49,778 nt of DNA from a virus (taxonomy: Duplodnaviria; Caudoviricetes), in the IMG/VR virus record IMGVR_UViG_3300024258_000029, positions 1 to 49,778 of that record, one strand, 5' to 3'. The translations under genes and the position numbers were made by a program. Shown piece by piece: positions 45,401 through 49,778 of this stretch (position 1 is the first letter of the stretch; each line of letters opens with the position of its first letter). The notes under the pieces were generated by a model, which was not told where the DNA came from, did no database searches, and was given only the letters and a program-made list of their open reading frames with translations.

Positions 45401-45798
45401 TTTTTTTCGACCATGCTCACTCTGCTTTCTTCTGTCTCTGTAATTATCTCAAGACAAGTGCTTACAAATTGAGCAAACCCAACATTTTCTTTCATCAGCT
45501 TGACTTTGTTTTCTGAGGAACATTCAATCGGAGTCCCATCATCATCCTCAAGTCTGACCCATTCCACAATGGAATAATCCCAAAGCATTTTTGAAAAGAG
45601 TGCATCTTTGTTGGTTGTGTATTCAAACCTTTGACCATGTTTATATTCAACTTTGTTTTTCACACAGGCTTTTTGCATCTCTTCTCTTTGTGCTGAGTTG
45701 ACTACCCTGATTCTTATTTCACCAGATTCAGGATCATCTTCGTTAAATTTAAACCACACTCCAGGGTTCGGATCTTTTAAACTAAATTGCGTACTCAT
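45334..45798 (-). CDS. Tail assembly chaperone (gpG-like)
   Basis: Between tail tube and tape measure; GVWF...IVEW..LED..G.PIECS.EN...EKN. Confidence 0.85.
   Translation of the reverse strand: MSTQFSLKDPNPGVWFKFNEDDPESGEIRIRVVNSAQREEMQKACVKNKVEYKHGQRFEYTTNKDALFSKMLWDYSIVEWVRLEDDDGTPIECSSENKVKLMKENVGFAQFVSTCLEIITETEESRVSMVEKNLMSGSADSVVEKSQTVKSAKK
45400..45406 (-). other. -1 ribosomal slippery site A AAA AAC
   Basis: GAA AAA AAC TTA in frame 0 fits X XXY YYZ. Confidence 0.8.
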
Positions 45799-45885
45799 AA
45801 TATCTCTCCCATCCCGTTAAGTTAAGGGTGGGCAGGAAGGGCCGGGAATACCCTCTGTTCCGTCATGACGGCCTGCCCAATCTGT

Positions 45886-46338
45886 TTAAACAAGAACCAT
45901 CAAGCCAGAAACTTTAGCTGTGAAATTGATAGTTCCAAGTCCTGATTTATCAAGACCAATGTTATACGATGTAATGGTCAACGTGCTGACCTTACCGGGC
46001 ATACCAGTTGAATATGCACCGGGTGCAAAATAACTGGTTGACTGACTTGGGACATAATATGATGTGTCATCAATGTAACATCTCAAGTCGGTTAAGGCAG
46101 AATTATACAGGTTGGCAAGTTGTAACATTTGCTGGCCTGTAGTATCAGTTGGTGTGTAGTGTCCATTAAAAGAGACAGTCCCACCATCTTTCATGCCGTA
46201 TTCAAAACTTTTCCATTCGTCACCGAAAGCAGAAGCATCGAATTCTTCTACATTAATACCGTCCAGTGACCATGTACCCATACCAACAACACTGTTGGCT
46301 CCAAGTGTTACTTTTCCGTCCTTACCAACGATAGCCAT
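45886..46338 (-). CDS. Major tail tube protein
   Basis: GKDG.V...WSL...D.SAFGDEWK...GMKDGG.VSF.G.Y...D..GQ..L pattern. Confidence 0.85.
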   Translation of the reverse strand: MAIVGKDGKVTLGANSVVGMGTWSLDGINVEEFDASAFGDEWKSFEYGMKDGGTVSFNGHYTPTDTTGQQMLQLANLYNSALTDLRCYIDDTSYYVPSQSTSYFAPGAYSTGMPGKVSTLTITSYNIGLDKSGLGTINFTAKVSGLMVLV

Positions 46339-46359
46339 TTTCTTCTCCTATGTTATAAT

Positions 46360-47583
46360 TTAACTGCCTTGCTTAACTTGTATATGTTTACAAATTTGGT
46401 GCAGCCACCGATTAACCTCAATCATTGTTAAATGTCCGACTTCAATGGATGTGTCGATACAGATCCTGATGCCTGACTTCCTTGCCTTGCTACAAAAATA
46501 AATATCTTCTCCAACTGGTTTGCCATTCTTGATACCAAGCTTAAACCAAGGGAATCTAACCTTGTCGAAAACTTTCATATCGAAAAGCAAACACCCGGTT
46601 CCAGTGGCATCGATGTCGATTAATTTCCCTGAATACATTTCTTCTTCAGGCACACTTTCATATTCACCTACATCGCCTCGCATGAATATCGGGTCAAAAG
46701 GCATCCATCGTCTATGGACTCTCACACCACATATATCAACCTTGTGCGACATTAATTTTGTCAAAGTTTCTGGTGGGTATACCTGATCTGTATCCAACAT
46801 TAAAAGATGACTTGCACCTTCCATCTGGGCTTGTTCAACCAAGCTGTTTCTCGCATCTGCTATGTTCCCTGAGAATGGGCCATGTGCAAACTGAGGTATC
46901 AGCATGACATATTCACCGGGTTTTTCCATGCAGGAGAATGATGTAAAAAAAGAAACAGGAACCGTGTTGTCAACCAGTGGGAACCCGATAGCTATTTTGC
47001 CAATACGTTTTCTTTTCCGCTTGATATATGTTGCCTTGTCGAGTAAATATTTTTCATCACCATATGCTCTTTTGTAAAACTCATCATCGAATTCTTCCCC
47101 ATAATTTGCAGGGTGGTGATGGAGTAATTTTGCACCTTCACATTTTATCCATCTTCCATGTTCTTCAGCGATTTCTTTTAATTCATTCTCGCAGTAACAA
47201 TGCTGATATGCTTCGTTAAAAAATTGTTCATCAGGAAGAATAGAAAGCATTCTTTTGTGTGCCATCCAATGCCCCTGGAAATTACCCGGTTGTGTCCACA
47301 CTCCAACAACTCCCCACCAACCATCAGGCATTTCGCTCAATGTGGTTTCAAGGGCATCCTCAAAGCCGGGTTCAACCTCTGTGTCATCACCAAGGAAAAG
47401 AACCCAATCTTTTGTTGTCTGCTTGGTTAACCGTGCGACCATCTTGGGACAACCTATCTCATCAAAATCAACTTCTGTGACCACTTCTGCCATAGGTAAA
47501 TATTTATGGACTGACTCAATACATCGTTCAGCCGACTCCTGCCGTACTACTGGTATGATTATGCTTATCTTGTCTGATATCAT
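46360..47583 (-). CDS. Glycosyltransferase with two GT-A (GT2-like) domains
   Basis: ISIIIP..R, FLGDD, FFNEAY.H.Y.E.E in domain 1; ARN.LV, LLMLDTD, ATGTGCLL, PWF and GEDIYFC in domain 2. Confidence 0.88.
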   Translation of the reverse strand: MISDKISIIIPVVRQESAERCIESVHKYLPMAEVVTEVDFDEIGCPKMVARLTKQTTKDWVLFLGDDTEVEPGFEDALETTLSEMPDGWWGVVGVWTQPGNFQGHWMAHKRMLSILPDEQFFNEAYQHCYCENELKEIAEEHGRWIKCEGAKLLHHHPANYGEEFDDEFYKRAYGDEKYLLDKATYIKRKRKRIGKIAIGFPLVDNTVPVSFFTSFSCMEKPGEYVMLIPQFAHGPFSGNIADARNSLVEQAQMEGASHLLMLDTDQVYPPETLTKLMSHKVDICGVRVHRRWMPFDPIFMRGDVGEYESVPEEEMYSGKLIDIDATGTGCLLFDMKVFDKVRFPWFKLGIKNGKPVGEDIYFCSKARKSGIRICIDTSIEVGHLTMIEVNRWLHQICKHIQVKQGS

Positions 47584-48038
47584 TTTTCTCTCCCGATTTT
47601 TGTTGCTACTACAAATAAATGGTATACCCGATCTTCAGTAGAAATTCTCTTTATCCCATCTATTTTAAAATTTGCTTCAATACCATAAAGCTCCCTGTAA
47701 TCTTTATCGGAATAATAAAGCCATGAATTTTCAACCCAGAAACTGACATGAGTCGGATCTTGAAATGCTCCTTGCCCGAACTCTGCATCAGGCGTATAAC
47801 TTTCAAACTTCCCACCGGGTTTTAAAACTCTCCAGATCTCCATGATAACATCAACCGTCTTCCCAATCGGTATATGTTCTAAGAAATCATATGCCTTTAC
47901 CTCATCAACGGAATTGTCCTCATAAGGCAATCCCTTTGTTACATCACATACTAAATCAGGCTTAATTCTTTCTTGGATGTCGATATTGACATGACCCTCC
48001 AAGTGCCTTTTCCCACAACCCAAATTAATTTTTTTCAT
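47580..48038 (-). CDS. Class I SAM-dependent methyltransferase (Methyltransf_11-like)
   Basis: NLGCG...NID...D....LPY.DNSVD...LEH...EIWRVLKPGG...DPTH. Confidence 0.9.
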   Translation of the reverse strand: MKKINLGCGKRHLEGHVNIDIQERIKPDLVCDVTKGLPYEDNSVDEVKAYDFLEHIPIGKTVDVIMEIWRVLKPGGKFESYTPDAEFGQGAFQDPTHVSFWVENSWLYYSDKDYRELYGIEANFKIDGIKRISTEDRVYHLFVVATKIGREK

Positions 48039-48867
48039 CCTTCACCTCCCGTAGTGATAGATATTGTTCTGCTATTTTTGAAACTTCGTTGTTCTCAAGA
48101 ATATAATCCCTCATGTTTCGTTCAGGGTCATATTTTTTTAACTCTTCCAAAATTCTTTCTGGCTCCCAGCATTCTCTGAAAGTTCTGCCCGAACAATTAG
48201 TTTTTCTAAATTCAATTATATTCTCTTCCGTTACTAAACCGTCACACCCTAACCAATTTATAATAACTGCATTTTTCCCACAACTTAATGCTTCATAAAT
48301 TCCCCTGCCTGAAGTTATGACCAGATCGGCTTCCTGCATTAAAGAACTCGTCCCATTTTTAAACCCTGTCTGAATTTTAAACTCATATCCTTTCGATGCC
48401 TGTTCAATCAGACTGAGCATTGGAGTTTTATTATTCATCCAGAGAACTTTTTTCAATGTCGGGTTAGGTTTTGAATAACCAAAGTGATCTGTGTCAATTG
48501 GATTCCGTATCACGCAGGAGTCGAATCCTTTGCCTTTTAAGCTTGATTGGACTTCTTCTGATACCGCAACATATATGTCTGCCCCAATTGTTGGCTCTTC
48601 TTCACCAGGAAGTACCCCATGTGATGTGCGGATCCTTTTCCCAATATTGAAATCTGATAACTCTTTAAGGCAAGTTTTATGATTAATTATCCCCAAGTCG
48701 TATTCTTTTGATTCATCGAAACCTTTTTTTATTAGTGTATTCTTCTCATGAGCAGGAACATAAACATCGACATCATGTTCTTTCGATAAATAGTTGAACA
48801 TCGTTATCATCCAGGTTTCTGTGCCACCCAGATATTCAAGAGAATTATTTGCTAATAATATTTTCAT
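48025..48867 (-). CDS. Glycosyltransferase, GT-B (GT4-like)
   Basis: MKILL.N....GGTET, SHG, VAVSEEV, IRNPID and ADLVI..GRG.YEALSCG motifs; ATGA overlap with the tail terminator. Confidence 0.85.
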   Translation of the reverse strand: MKILLANNSLEYLGGTETWMITMFNYLSKEHDVDVYVPAHEKNTLIKKGFDESKEYDLGIINHKTCLKELSDFNIGKRIRTSHGVLPGEEEPTIGADIYVAVSEEVQSSLKGKGFDSCVIRNPIDTDHFGYSKPNPTLKKVLWMNNKTPMLSLIEQASKGYEFKIQTGFKNGTSSLMQEADLVITSGRGIYEALSCGKNAVIINWLGCDGLVTEENIIEFRKTNCSGRTFRECWEPERILEELKKYDPERNMRDYILENNEVSKIAEQYLSLREVKDEKN

Positions 48868-49256
48868 TTCATGTACCGGCATTCATAAGTAACGACTGCT
48901 CTGTAAAGTTGATCCTGATCTCCGTCCCTGACAAACTGTTCTAAAGTCCTTTCCATTAAAATGGATGTGTATCCAGTGGCTGTCGGACGGGAATCATCGA
49001 ACAAAGCGATAAGAGCCTCATAAGCTGTTAATCTCAAAACATTTGTAGAAGCATAAATATCGAACTGGATTGTAACTATTTCATACATCCGACCCTTCAG
49101 CATATAATCTGGTCTTGCAGAGGGAGAAAAATAAGTAGCATAAGTTGTTGCCGTGCCTTGAGGTGCAAGCTCAAGATGTAAGGCTCCGGGCAATGCTGCT
49201 TTCAAAGCTGCGTTGCCGTTGTATCTGCCGTATATTCCAGTTAATATCTGTCGCAT
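48864..49256 (-). CDS. Tail terminator protein
   Basis: Follows the HK97 gp10-like gene; APQG....YA......IQFDIYA pattern. Confidence 0.75.
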   Translation of the reverse strand: MRQILTGIYGRYNGNAALKAALPGALHLELAPQGTATTYATYFSPSARPDYMLKGRMYEIVTIQFDIYASTNVLRLTAYEALIALFDDSRPTATGYTSILMERTLEQFVRDGDQDQLYRAVVTYECRYMK

Positions 49257-49778
49257 TATTCCATCTTCTCGTTAAATTTTTCTCTTGCAAAATTAATATT
49301 CTTGTCAAGGGCTGGCTTTAAAAACGGATGTGGTGCTGCTGGTCTTGGGCCACCGTGACCGTGTTCTATCAACCATGCTTGCATCGCCCCTCTACCACCA
49401 GCTTTCACAATATATCCACCGTCATCGAACTTACTTTTTTTCCGCTTAATTGATTTTCTGAGTCTCCCAGACAAATCTTTAAACTTTTTATGACCTGAAC
49501 TGTATGCCCCGGCTTTGGCATCCTTTTTGATCTGCAAGGCAATCTCAGCAGCTTTTTCATCAAGATGCTCTTGGAGCTTCTGTTCAAAGTCTCTTGTGTC
49601 AATGTTGACTCTTGGAAAAATTGCAGTTACCATTATAAAATCTCCGCACAATGTAAAACCATATCCATTTCCCTGTGGAAATCTTCGATACCTGTTATCC
49701 GATATGTGCTTCCGCTATGGACTACTCTGTATTTTGTACTCATTGTTGAAAATCTTCTTATTCTCAATTTAAACAAAG
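49028..49778. repeat. Terminal direct repeat, copy 2
   Basis: Matches 1-751. Confidence 0.97.
49256..49633 (-). CDS. HK97 gp10-like protein, second allele of 229-606
   Basis: Nearly identical protein with a few substitutions (for example GGPGAM vs GGRGAM). Confidence 0.85.
   Translation of the reverse strand: MVTAIFPRVNIDTRDFEQKLQEHLDEKAAEIALQIKKDAKAGAYSSGHKKFKDLSGRLRKSIKRKKSKFDDGGYIVKAGGRGAMQAWLIEHGHGGPRPAAPHPFLKPALDKNINFAREKFNEKME

Overview
The window is an apparently complete genome of a tailed dsDNA phage (HK97-fold capsid, long non-contractile tail), with a unit length of about 49,027 bp. Bases 1-751 recur at 49028-49778 with about 26 substitutions counted by eye. Most genes are on the minus strand. 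The packaging and head module runs HNH, terS, terL, portal, ClpP-type protease, major capsid, an expanded set of head accessory genes and connectors. The tail module runs terminator, a glycosyltransferase/methyltransferase cassette, tail tube, frameshifted chaperones, a Zn-repeat endonuclease, tape measure, tail tip and Kelch proteins. Lysis genes follow, then a lambdoid-type ERF/YqaJ/NinB/initiator module that also holds a TGT/DpdA-like gene and a radical SAM gene. I found no integrase, CI-like repressor, tRNA or CRISPR array. Five items stand out. (1) A self-contained unit between terL and portal with a strong promoter, a 14-unit GGY-NN pentamer RNA array, an unknown ORF and a terminator, suggestive of a guide-like ncRNA. 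(2) Two plus-strand operons of small, partly very acidic proteins, each with a sigma54-type promoter and a shared 35-bp upstream element, next to a candidate cos end and several repeat arrays. (3) A likely virion glycosylation cassette. (4) A possible DNA base-exchange module. (5) A probable ATC start codon for the portal. All product calls come from motif recognition and synteny, not database searches.
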